Positions 41,796 to 52,315 of a stretch of DNA of 64,000 nucleotides are shown piece by piece. How positions within the stretch are numbered: position 1 is the first letter of the stretch; the number at the start of each line of letters is the position of its first letter. The translations under genes were made by a program, and so were the position numbers. The notes under the pieces are model-generated. The model saw nothing but the letters and a program-made list of their open reading frames with translations. It had not been told where the DNA came from and searched no databases. The stretch comes from Opitutales bacterium (GTDB lineage: Bacteria; Verrucomicrobiota; Verrucomicrobiia; Opitutales; Oceanipulchritudinaceae), in NCBI GenBank assembly GCA_007133065.1, contig SLNJ01000019.1:67502-131501 (forward strand). The letters are read 5' to 3'.

Positions 41796-42734
41796 TCACG
41801 GCAGGTGCGTGCCGTTGCTGCCATGGATTTTCTCGTCCACCGCGGCAGGGGCGGTTGTCGCGAAGGTGAGGGCGATTTCCTCCGCAAAGGCGACGCGCTC
41901 CCCGTTGCACTGGATGCTCCCTTCAAAAAACGCGAGGGGAGGGTGAACCTTCTTGAGCTTCACCTTCAAGTGCAGGAAATCTCCGGGCCGGCAGACCCGA
42001 TGGCACCGCACGCCGTCGCACCCGAAGAAGAATATCCGTCCTGGATCGACCTGCTCCTGCAGCATCTCATTCTGGCCGCGCAGGAGAAAGAGGACCGCCA
42101 GCTGTCCGAGCGCTTCCAGCATGATGGAGGCCGGAAAGATCGGATTGTCCTTGAAATGGCCTTCGAGGAACGCTTCATCCCCGTTGATCCGGTAGCTGCC
42201 CTCCGCATAGTCGTGGTTGAGCCGCGACTCCTGCAGGAAGAGGAACGGGTGCTGCTGCGGCATCACCGCGGCGATCTCCTCGAAGCCGAGCGATTTTTGC
42301 TTCTGCGGGAGCGGAAGTCCCCGGATCTTACAGTCGAGGTAACTCTTGATGTCCCCGAGCGTCCGCAAGCCCCGGAGTTCTTCGTTTTCGATCGAGATAT
42401 CCAGCGTCTCTTCGACGAGCATAATGATCTCCACCATCAGCAGCGAGTCGATTCCGAGATCCTCGAACAGACGGGTGGAATCATTGTTTTCGCGAACCGT
42501 CGGACGTACCTCGGGTTCAACGAAACGTTCGATAATCCCCAGGACGATCGTGGGAACAAGCTCCCAATCCTTGTTCTGGCGGTACGCAACGGCCGCTTCG
42601 ATCGTCTGTGGCGGGCAGCGCTTCAGCGCATCGCGTAGTTCGGTTTCGTTTGCTGTGGTTTTCAAGATTAAATCGGATTGGTGGTTGGGGGGAGAATCAC
42701 GAAGGCCACACCGTGACCACAGGCCCGGTTCCAC
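41796..42734 (-). CDS. fusion protein: acyl carrier protein domain + FabA/FabZ-type hotdog dehydratase domain
   Basis: N-terminal half: FEDLGIDSLLMVEIIMLVEE (phosphopantetheine Ser motif). C-terminal half: LEGHFKDNPIFPASIMLEALGQ...GDFLHLKVKLKK (FabZ HxxxxGxxxxP motif). The track start is GTG 42734; TTG 42665 is an alternative. Confidence 0.75.
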   Translation of the reverse strand: MEPGLWSRCGLRDSPPNHQSDLILKTTANETELRDALKRCPPQTIEAAVAYRQNKDWELVPTIVLGIIERFVEPEVRPTVRENNDSTRLFEDLGIDSLLMVEIIMLVEETLDISIENEELRGLRTLGDIKSYLDCKIRGLPLPQKQKSLGFEEIAAVMPQQHPFLFLQESRLNHDYAEGSYRINGDEAFLEGHFKDNPIFPASIMLEALGQLAVLFLLRGQNEMLQEQVDPGRIFFFGCDGVRCHRVCRPGDFLHLKVKLKKVHPPLAFFEGSIQCNGERVAFAEEIALTFATTAPAAVDEKIHGSNGTHLP

Positions 42735-43069
42735 TGCGATTCACGCCGAGGCCGGGTTTCGGAGGCAAATACATAAACCGGTGAATAAGATTTCAACCGC
42801 TCGGTGTAAACACCAAATTTCGACTCCGGAGGCATTTTTCAGAGGGTATGGGTAGCGATAAGTCGCGATCATTCATGGATTACGACAAAAACAGCACCGT
42901 TCAATTCGAGTTCGTTTCATGCCGCAGGATCATGCAGGATACGTTGGGAGGTCGGAATATCTCTTTATTGGCAGCATAGTGTCATTTTACGTGGGATGGC
43001 AAGCCTGACTTGGGAATCTTTTTGGTTCATTGGAGATTCTCGCGAATGATCAGAACATGGGAATGGTGA

Positions 43070-45163
<2,094 letters not shown>

Positions 45164-45456
45164 CGGGTGGTGCGGGAAATCGGCCGTGCGGTCGACCGCC
45201 GGAGATTGGTGCATGTGATACGCAAGCCCAATGGCCTCCGACCAGTTTTGAGACGACTGCACTGGATTGATGGAGCTCTTTCCCCGGGCATGTTTTCGTT
45301 GAGAGGCGCGCGGGCGATTTTTTCGGAACAATTCCATATGCCCGCTGCCTGAATCCAGAGGCGGGGCGATGCCCGGTCATGCACGACAGACGCTGGGAAT
45401 GCGGCATCTGTCTGAAGTGAAGACGAGTACAAAACAAAAACACGGAAACGAGATAT

Positions 45457-46068
45457 ATGAATCAGAATCGACTCAAATACACCATCCTTCCAATGGTTGC
45501 GGTTTTCGCTGCGGGCACGGCCTTGCATGTCGGGGCTCAACAGGCGCAGCCGGCGCCCGCTCCGCAGCAAGCGCCGGAAGTGGCTCCCGAAGTTCAGCAG
45601 GAACTGCAGGAAGTTCAACAGGAGCTCCAGCAAATCAACATGCAGATAAACTCCGTGCGCCAGGAGGCGAACCAGCGCGATGAAGTACAGAGCGCGCTGC
45701 TGGCATACGAACGGACCCTGAGTGAGAAGATGATCGAGATGGAGCCGGAGAAATCCGATGAAATCGAGCGCAAGCAGGAACTGGTGGAAGAGCTGGTTCA
45801 GATGGACGATTTCGAGAGTCTGAATGAAGAGGAGCGTCAGCAGTTCCAGACCTATCTGCAGGAGCACCAGGAACTGCGGCAGGGGCTCGCGGAAGTCGAG
45901 GCGCAGGCCGCACAGTCCGAGACCGCACAGCAGAAGCTGCAGGAAGTAAGCCAGATCCAGACGAACGTCATGGAGGAAATCAACCCGGACGTGCAATCAC
46001 TGGTTCAGCAGCAGAACGAGTTGCGTCAGAGGTTCCAGCAGCTGCAGCAGCAGATGCAGCAGCCTTGA
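45457..46068 (+). CDS. hypothetical secreted Gln/Glu-rich coiled-coil protein
   Basis: 203 aa. Signal peptide (ILPMVAVFAAGTALHVGAQQ), then heptad-like Q/E-rich sequence to the C-terminus (QQLQQQMQQP). Confidence 0.6.
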   Translation: MNQNRLKYTILPMVAVFAAGTALHVGAQQAQPAPAPQQAPEVAPEVQQELQEVQQELQQINMQINSVRQEANQRDEVQSALLAYERTLSEKMIEMEPEKSDEIERKQELVEELVQMDDFESLNEEERQQFQTYLQEHQELRQGLAEVEAQAAQSETAQQKLQEVSQIQTNVMEEINPDVQSLVQQQNELRQRFQQLQQQMQQP

Positions 46069-46150
46069 AGCAGCCGTGTCGACCGAGCTCTGCGCGCCGG
46101 CCGACTGCTTCGGTTCAAACGGCGTATGAGCCTGCTTGAAATCTCAACTT

Positions 46151-46190
46151 GAAACGATCCGGTCCGACTGCGGGCCGGATCGTTTCATTT
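46151..46190. terminator. 15-bp hairpin between convergent genes (candidate terminator)
   Basis: GAAACGATCCGGTCC, loop gactgc, GGGCCGGATCGTTTC (one G-U pair), then ATTTATT. Confidence 0.6.
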
Positions 46191-46195
46191 ATTCC

Positions 46196-46642
46196 TTATT
46201 CAATGTGCGCCAACTGGTCGAGGTAGTCCTGGAGTATTAGAGTTGCGGCTCGGGAATCGACCTCGCCGCTGCGCCGGGTACGGCGATCGCGCTTGGTTCT
46301 GCGGCCCTGCTCGCGCAGATCGCTCTCGGCCTGGTAGGTGGTCAGTCGTTCATCCGTGCGGTGAACGGGGAGTCCGAACCGGAACTCCAGCTCCGCGATG
46401 AAACGATCGGTCTCCTTCGCGCGCGGCCCGATGGTGTCGTCCATGTTGTAGGGGTATCCGACCACCAGATCGGTGATCCGTCGCTCGGTGATGGATTCGC
46501 CCAGCCGGCGGTCGCGTTCGCGTTTCGGGAGGGCGGGGATCGCGGGGAGCGGGGTCGCGATTCCCAAGGCATCGCCGTAGCTCAGGCCGATGCGTTTGGT
46601 TCCCGGATCGATGCCGAGAAAGCGTCTGGGTGTGCGGGTCAT
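46196..46642 (-). CDS. ruvX: Holliday junction resolvase-like RuvX (YqgF)
   Basis: Internal ATG 46642. FLGIDPGTKRIGLSYGD...LVVGYPYNMDDTIGPRA...VHRTDERLTT. Confidence 0.85.
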   Translation of the reverse strand: MTRTPRRFLGIDPGTKRIGLSYGDALGIATPLPAIPALPKRERDRRLGESITERRITDLVVGYPYNMDDTIGPRAKETDRFIAELEFRFGLPVHRTDERLTTYQAESDLREQGRRTKRDRRTRRSGEVDSRAATLILQDYLDQLAHIE

Positions 46643-46643
46643 C

Positions 46644-47735
46644 CTACACCCAGGGACGGGTCTCCGGATCCTTGTCCAATCGCGCCACCAGTTTCTTGAC
46701 CTCCTGGGCTCGCGAACGCGGGCAGACGAGCGTGGCGTCCTCGGTCTGCACCACAACCAGATCGTCCGCGCCCAGCACGGCGGTCAGGCGATCGCCGTGG
46801 CTGATCACGATATTGTTGCTGCCGGATTCGACAACGCTGTGACCGTCGAGGACATTGCCGCGATCATCCTTCGGGTAATGTCGGGCCACTGCCGGCCACT
46901 CGCCGACATCGTCCCAGTCGAAGGCGGATTCCACGACGGAGACGGAGTCGGCGTGTTCGAGCAAAGCGTAGTCGATCGAGATTTTCTCCATGTCGGGATA
47001 ATAGGTCTCGAGGGCGCTGTCGAGCGATTCGCCTCCGGCGAGGGCGGACTCGATCCTGCCGATGCCGTCGGCCAGGCCCGGTGCGTGCTTTTGCAGTTGT
47101 TGATGCAGCACATCCGCGCGCCAGACGAACATGCCGGCATTCCAGTAGTATTGGCCGGAGGCGAGGTATCGCTCGGCTGTTGCCCGATCCGGTTTCTCTA
47201 CAAACTCGGCGACGGAGCAGGCCGGATGGCCGTGCTCTCCCTGGAGGGAGGCGCCCTTCCGGATGTATCCGTACCCGGTTGCAGGGTACTCAGCCTGAAT
47301 GCCGATGGTTACAAGCGTTTCTTGCTGTTCGGCGATCGAGAAAGCCGTCTTGAGGACAGACTGGTATCCGGTGATGTCGCGGATCACATGATCGGCCGGA
47401 AGCATGGCAAAGGCAGCGTTGGGGCTCTTGCGCGACACAAGCAGGCGGGCGAGCGCCACTGCGGGCGCCGTATCCCTTCCGACCGGTTCTCCGACCACCT
47501 GACCGGCCGGAACCCAGGGACACGTTTCCAGCACTTGCTCCCGTTGTTCGCAGTTGGTGAGTATGAACATCCGGTCCGGAGGAACGACTCCCTCCAGGCG
47601 GGCGAGCGTTTGCACCAGGAGCGGCTCCTTACCGACGATCGGAAGCAGCTGCTTGGGCCGGTTCAAACGGCTTGCGGGCCAGAACCGCTCGCCGCGGCCC
47701 CCAGCCATGATCACGATGAAACGATCGTTCGACAT
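46644..47735 (-). CDS. mannose-1-phosphate guanylyltransferase (no PMI domain)
   Basis: 363 aa. FIVIMAGGRGERFWPASR...PKQLL, GIQAEYPATGYGYI, AGMFVW. Confidence 0.85.
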   Translation of the reverse strand: MSNDRFIVIMAGGRGERFWPASRLNRPKQLLPIVGKEPLLVQTLARLEGVVPPDRMFILTNCEQREQVLETCPWVPAGQVVGEPVGRDTAPAVALARLLVSRKSPNAAFAMLPADHVIRDITGYQSVLKTAFSIAEQQETLVTIGIQAEYPATGYGYIRKGASLQGEHGHPACSVAEFVEKPDRATAERYLASGQYYWNAGMFVWRADVLHQQLQKHAPGLADGIGRIESALAGGESLDSALETYYPDMEKISIDYALLEHADSVSVVESAFDWDDVGEWPAVARHYPKDDRGNVLDGHSVVESGSNNIVISHGDRLTAVLGADDLVVVQTEDATLVCPRSRAQEVKKLVARLDKDPETRPWV

Positions 47736-47935
47736 ATCCTATCCTCGGTTCGGCAGTTTGCAGGTGCCGATAAACTGCATAACTCCGCAGAAGATCACAA
47801 TCAGAATTGTGTCGCGGAAGGACCCGGGGCGCCGGGGCGGCAACGAAAACAAGTCCCGGAGACCGGTTGCCGTGCCCAAACAGATCGATCGGGATTTTCT
47901 TTGATCCGGATCTGTTTTCTGTGATATTTGATGAA

Positions 47936-49108
47936 ATGATTGCAAGAGAGCTGAGTTCGGACGAATGCCTTCGGTACAGTCGGCATATTCGGCTGTCCGA
48001 AGTGGGGATGGATGGCCAGGCCCGGCTGCGCGAGGCACGCGTGCTGGTGGTCGGCATGGGGGGGCTGGGCAGTCCCGCCGCCCTGTATCTGGCGGCCGCG
48101 GGAGTCGGTACGCTCGGGTTGGCGGATTTCGACGCTGTCGAACTCCATAACCTCCAACGCCAGGTGTTGCATGGGGAGGGGGATGTCGGACGCCCGAAGC
48201 TCGAGTCCGCCGCCCGTCGCATCCGGGAACTCGATTCGGGGGTCGCGATCGAGGAGCATGGGGAGGGTATTACCGTTGCCAACGCAGCGGATTGCTTTGG
48301 GCGCTACGACATCATCGTCGACGGAACAGATAACTTCTCGACGCGCTATCTGAACAACGACGCTGCCTTTTTCGTCCGAAAGCCGCTGGTATATGGGAGT
48401 ATTTTTCAGTTCGAGGGCCAGGTCTCGGTCTTCGATCCCGCGAGCGGCACCCCGTGCTACCGTTGTCTTTTCCCGCAGATGCCGCCACCCGGGAGCGTGC
48501 CGAACTGTGAGGAGGCGGGAGTCTTCGGCGCCCTCCCGGGAGTGATCGGAAGTCTGCAGGCGCTCGAGACGCTCAAATTGTTGCTCGGCATCGGCGAGCC
48601 TCTGTGCGGACGGCTGCTAAGCCACGATGGGTTGCGTCAGCGCTTCCACACGCTCCGCATCAAACCCGATCCGACCTGTCCGCTCTGCGGGAACAAACCG
48701 TCGATCCTGGATCTGCGGGAGGAAAACTATCGTTTTGATTGTGCGGTGCCGGCGCCGGAGTCGGGCGATGGCGCGACGGAGGCACCGATGGAGATTGATA
48801 TCGCCGAGGCCCGCCAGCGGATGGGCGGCCCGGATTCCGCTCGCCCCGTGTTAATCGACGTGCGCGAACCGTGGGAGGCACAGATCTGTTCGATACCGGA
48901 GTCGATTCTGCTCCCGCTGCAATCGCTTCCGGAACGCCTCGATCGACTGCCGGGTGACCGGCCGTTGCTTGTCTATTGCCATCACGGCATGCGCAGTCTG
49001 AAAGCTGCTCAATTCCTGAGAAAGAAGGGGTTCGCACGCGCCATGAGCTTGAGCGGCGGCATCGAGGCGTGGGCTCGCGAGGTTGATCCCTCCATGCCTC
49101 GGTACTAG
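47936..49108 (+). CDS. MoeB/ThiF-family adenylyltransferase with C-terminal rhodanese domain (MoeZ-like)
   Basis: Internal ATG 47936. YSRHIRL...VLVVGMGGLGSPAALYLAAAGVG, CxxC pairs (CYRC, CPLC), rhodanese active site (VYCHHGMRS). Confidence 0.85.
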   Translation: MIARELSSDECLRYSRHIRLSEVGMDGQARLREARVLVVGMGGLGSPAALYLAAAGVGTLGLADFDAVELHNLQRQVLHGEGDVGRPKLESAARRIRELDSGVAIEEHGEGITVANAADCFGRYDIIVDGTDNFSTRYLNNDAAFFVRKPLVYGSIFQFEGQVSVFDPASGTPCYRCLFPQMPPPGSVPNCEEAGVFGALPGVIGSLQALETLKLLLGIGEPLCGRLLSHDGLRQRFHTLRIKPDPTCPLCGNKPSILDLREENYRFDCAVPAPESGDGATEAPMEIDIAEARQRMGGPDSARPVLIDVREPWEAQICSIPESILLPLQSLPERLDRLPGDRPLLVYCHHGMRSLKAAQFLRKKGFARAMSLSGGIEAWAREVDPSMPRY

Positions 49109-49168
49109 CGGGCTGCCGCACCGGATCGGCGTTGACGTTGTGTGTGCCATCGGTCAGAAGACAACGCG

Positions 49169-50215
49169 ATGATGCAGTACCAGACCACGATTTCGATTTC
49201 GGGCGACGACTTTTGGATTAATGATCGGCCGACTTATGCCGGTCGAACCTGGAAGGGCCATCGTATTGAGGGGTTGCTCATGAACAGCCGGATGGTGCAG
49301 GGGGTCTTCGACGACCTCAATCCGGAGACGCGGTCGCGCTGGGATTACCCGGATCGTCCGTGGGATCCGGACTACAACACGGACCAGTTCATCGCCCACA
49401 TGCCGCTCTGGCGGGAGCACGGGCTCCTCAGTTTCAACGTGAACCTGCAGGGCGGCAGTCCCCTCGGATACAGCAAGAGCCAACCGTGGCACAACTCAGC
49501 TTTTCGGGAGGACGGCTCGTTGCGGCTCGAATATCTGAAACGGCTTCAGCGCATCCTCGATCGCGCTGATGCACTCGGTATGGTCCCGCAGGTCGGATTC
49601 TTCTATTTCGGACAGGATCAGCGTTTCAACGACGAGGCGGCCGTGATCGCCGCGACCGATGCGGCGACGGACTGGTTGCTCGGGCGCGGTTACACGAATC
49701 TTCTGGTCGAGATCGTGAACGAGGCGAATGTCGCTTACACGATGGAGATTCTCAAAGAGAATCGCGTGCACGAGCTGATTGCTCGCGTGCAGGAGCGTTC
49801 CGAGGGCAGGGTGGAAGGTTCCGCGGGCCGGCTTCTGGTCGGTGCGAGCATGAGCGGGAACCACATCCCTCCGGAGGGCATCGTCCGGACGGCCGATTTT
49901 CAGCTCCTGCACGGAAACAGCGTCGGGGATCCGAACCGCATCCGTGAAATGGTCCGTGAGGTGCGCGCCCTTCCCGAATACGGAGGCGAGCCGGTCGTGT
50001 TCAACGAGGACGATCACTTCGACTTCGACAAGCCGGACAACAACATGATCGCTGCAGTCAGCGAGCACGCGAGCTGGGGATTCTTCGACTATCGCATGAA
50101 AGAGGAGGGGTTCGAAGAAGGGTACCAGAGCGTGCCGACCGACTGGGGCATAAACAGCGAGCGCAAGCGCGGGTTCTTCAACCTGCTCCGGGAGATGACG
50201 GGCGGAGGGGGGTAG
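49169..50215 (+). CDS. putative clan GH-A (GH5-like) glycoside hydrolase
   Basis: ATG 49169. TIM-barrel-like pattern with LLVEIVNEANV (Asn-Glu acid/base motif) and a later VVFNEDDH. Tentative. Confidence 0.5.
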   Translation: MMQYQTTISISGDDFWINDRPTYAGRTWKGHRIEGLLMNSRMVQGVFDDLNPETRSRWDYPDRPWDPDYNTDQFIAHMPLWREHGLLSFNVNLQGGSPLGYSKSQPWHNSAFREDGSLRLEYLKRLQRILDRADALGMVPQVGFFYFGQDQRFNDEAAVIAATDAATDWLLGRGYTNLLVEIVNEANVAYTMEILKENRVHELIARVQERSEGRVEGSAGRLLVGASMSGNHIPPEGIVRTADFQLLHGNSVGDPNRIREMVREVRALPEYGGEPVVFNEDDHFDFDKPDNNMIAAVSEHASWGFFDYRMKEEGFEEGYQSVPTDWGINSERKRGFFNLLREMTGGGG

Positions 50216-50275
50216 AGTACACCATGTCCCGGCGGGTGCTCCCGCATGCCGCGTTTACGCGGAAGCGAAGGCGCC

Positions 50276-51646
50276 TCAATCCTCCGGAGGATGATCGGCG
50301 CCCGGTTCGTCCGGTTCGCGGACGTATTCGATGACGCGGGTCGGTTCCATTTGGCCGAGCAGAAGGCGCCGCGTTGATTCGGGGATGTAAGGATCGTCCT
50401 CAAGGTAGTTGCGGGCGGTTTGCGCGTCGCGCTCCATCCAGTACTGTCCCACCACCATCACCATGAACTCGCTCTCGGTTGGGTCGGTGATCGAGTGCGC
50501 CCACCCCATGGCGATCGCGGGATCGGTTTCCATGGCAGCGAGGGCGACCGACTGCACCGCGGCATCGAAGTCGGGGTGAAGTTCGAGCTCGTTGAGCCAC
50601 TGCGCGGCCGGAACGACCCCTTCGTGATCGATCCAGGAGCTGACCGCCTCCTCCAGAGCTGCTGCGCGGACCGGCCCCTCGGGCAGCTCATGAGCCCAGC
50701 TTGCGGCTGTCTTCGGGTCGAACTGTGACCACGCTCGTGCAATATGCTGGCGTGCAAGCGCGCGCAGGTCGCCGTCCCCCTGACTGTTGGCCCAGTCGAT
50801 GGCCTCGTGCGGATCGTAGCGTGCCCACATTCCCAATACATGGGCAACGGTTTCCATTCGGACACGATCGTCGGGCAAATCGGCAAGTTGGGCGAGGACG
50901 GCTTCGGGCGGAATGCGCTTGAGCTCGGTGCGGGCGATCGAGCGCATGGCCTCGGAGCGGTACCGCTGCGAGGCGATCGATGAGGCAAGTGCCATCGCGA
51001 GTTCGGAATCGTATTGCGCGACATGCTCGAAAATCGCCTGGTATCGCTGCTGCCGGACATCCTCCGAACCACTGCGCTCCTGCACCCACTCCCAGGCGGA
51101 GATCGGATCGTCTTCAGCCCAGCCACGCAGGACGGCTGCGACCGCCGCCTCGCGGTCCCAGTCCCCCCGGTCGGCGAGAACGTACGCGAGCGCGGATCGA
51201 CCGTCCATCCCGGCCCACTGCTGCAGGAAGACCAGGAACGCTTCCTCACGCAGCGGGCCGCGCGGGAGTGTCTGGAGAAAGGCGATCGTTTCCACGATCT
51301 GGCGCTGGCTCAGTTCCGAGGCGATTCGCTGGGCTTTATAGGCGCGCTGCACGTTGTCGCGCACCCGCAGCAGTCCGCTCAGTGCATTGCGAAAGTTTTC
51401 GTCGAGTCGGCCGTCGGCTTGCCGGGTGATCGATCGAACCGGGGCGCCGGCGAGCCGTTCCAGAATGAGTCCGATCTCGGCTTGGTGGAGTGTGGCTTCG
51501 TCCCGTCCCGTCCAATCCTGGCGGTCGAGGCCGCGGAAGAACGCGATCCCCGCGAACAGACCCATTGCGAAGAAAATGCCCAGGGTCACGATCCAGGCGA
51601 CCCCGATGAAAGCAGGTGTATAGCGTGAATTTCTCACGGCACTCAA
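50276..51646 (-). CDS. hypothetical membrane-anchored helical-repeat protein
   Basis: 456 aa. N-terminal TM (FIGVAWIVTLGIFFAMGLFAGIAFF). About 8 degenerate repeats of the form ...W..DP..A..W... (e.g. VLRGWAEDDPISAWEWV, LGMWARYDPHEAIDWAN, ARAWSQFDPKTAASWAH). Confidence 0.6.
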   Translation of the reverse strand: MSAVRNSRYTPAFIGVAWIVTLGIFFAMGLFAGIAFFRGLDRQDWTGRDEATLHQAEIGLILERLAGAPVRSITRQADGRLDENFRNALSGLLRVRDNVQRAYKAQRIASELSQRQIVETIAFLQTLPRGPLREEAFLVFLQQWAGMDGRSALAYVLADRGDWDREAAVAAVLRGWAEDDPISAWEWVQERSGSEDVRQQRYQAIFEHVAQYDSELAMALASSIASQRYRSEAMRSIARTELKRIPPEAVLAQLADLPDDRVRMETVAHVLGMWARYDPHEAIDWANSQGDGDLRALARQHIARAWSQFDPKTAASWAHELPEGPVRAAALEEAVSSWIDHEGVVPAAQWLNELELHPDFDAAVQSVALAAMETDPAIAMGWAHSITDPTESEFMVMVVGQYWMERDAQTARNYLEDDPYIPESTRRLLLGQMEPTRVIEYVREPDEPGADHPPED

Positions 51647-51713
51647 CAGGGTTATGCAAGAACACCAGGAAATGCAATGGCAACCGGCCGTCGCCCCTTC
51701 GTTTCGTGCGGAA

Positions 51714-52235
51714 TCACGGGATTCGGCCTTCGTCGAAGTCGATCATGTCGCAGAAATTGTGCAAATCCTTGCGGTGACTGATTTCCATGCGTTTTTTCGC
51801 GGCGTCGAGCGCCTCCTTGCCGGTGTCGCTCATTCCTTTCAGGATGAGTTCCCGATTCCATTTCGCCACGCGCAGATCCTCCGGAAAAAGCGCCATCAGG
51901 CGCCGGTCCCGTTCCTGGTCCGACTCGCTCTCCCGAACGGCGGAGATGACTTCCTGCGGGTCTACGCCGAGGTGAAGACACAGGAATCCATCGAAACCCT
52001 TGGTGAAATTGCGTTGATACGACTTGGGCAGTTTGCCGTCCAGGTGCTTTCGGATCTTCGCGAGAAAACGGGGCAGGTGAAGCAGTCCACATGCATGGGG
52101 GATATAGGGCGAGGGCAGGTCGGTGAGCACTTCGCCGGTGTCCGGGCGCGTGGGGGGGCGCGGTGATGCAGCGTTGGGCGGAAGCGGGTTCGATGGCATG
52201 AGGGGCAGACTGTGCGATCCACTTGGAAGGTGCAA
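51714..52235 (-). CDS. hypothetical protein (DUF5069-like by recollection)
   Basis: 173 aa (alternative start M13). CGLLHLPRFLAKIRKHLDGKLPKSYQRNFTKGFDGFLCLHLGVDPQEV. Confidence 0.45.
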   Translation of the reverse strand: MHLPSGSHSLPLMPSNPLPPNAASPRPPTRPDTGEVLTDLPSPYIPHACGLLHLPRFLAKIRKHLDGKLPKSYQRNFTKGFDGFLCLHLGVDPQEVISAVRESESDQERDRRLMALFPEDLRVAKWNRELILKGMSDTGKEALDAAKKRMEISHRKDLHNFCDMIDFDEGRIP

Positions 52236-52315
52236 TCGTAATCATGCTGGCGTCGAGGGATCTTGTCGCAGTTCCGACTGGCGCAAACGGAAAATCCTCC
52301 CATATTGTGCACCCC

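Noticed and set aside
40824-42638. 604-aa + strand ORF
   Set aside because: Antisense to the KAS and ACP-dehydratase genes, which carry unambiguous catalytic motifs.
42875-42979. 34-codon ORF (MDYDKNSTVQFEFVSCRRIMQDTLGGRNISLLAA) in the AT-richer divergent region between the ACP-dehydratase operon and ligA
   Set aside because: Too short, with no supporting signal. The region is more simply explained as a shared promoter region.
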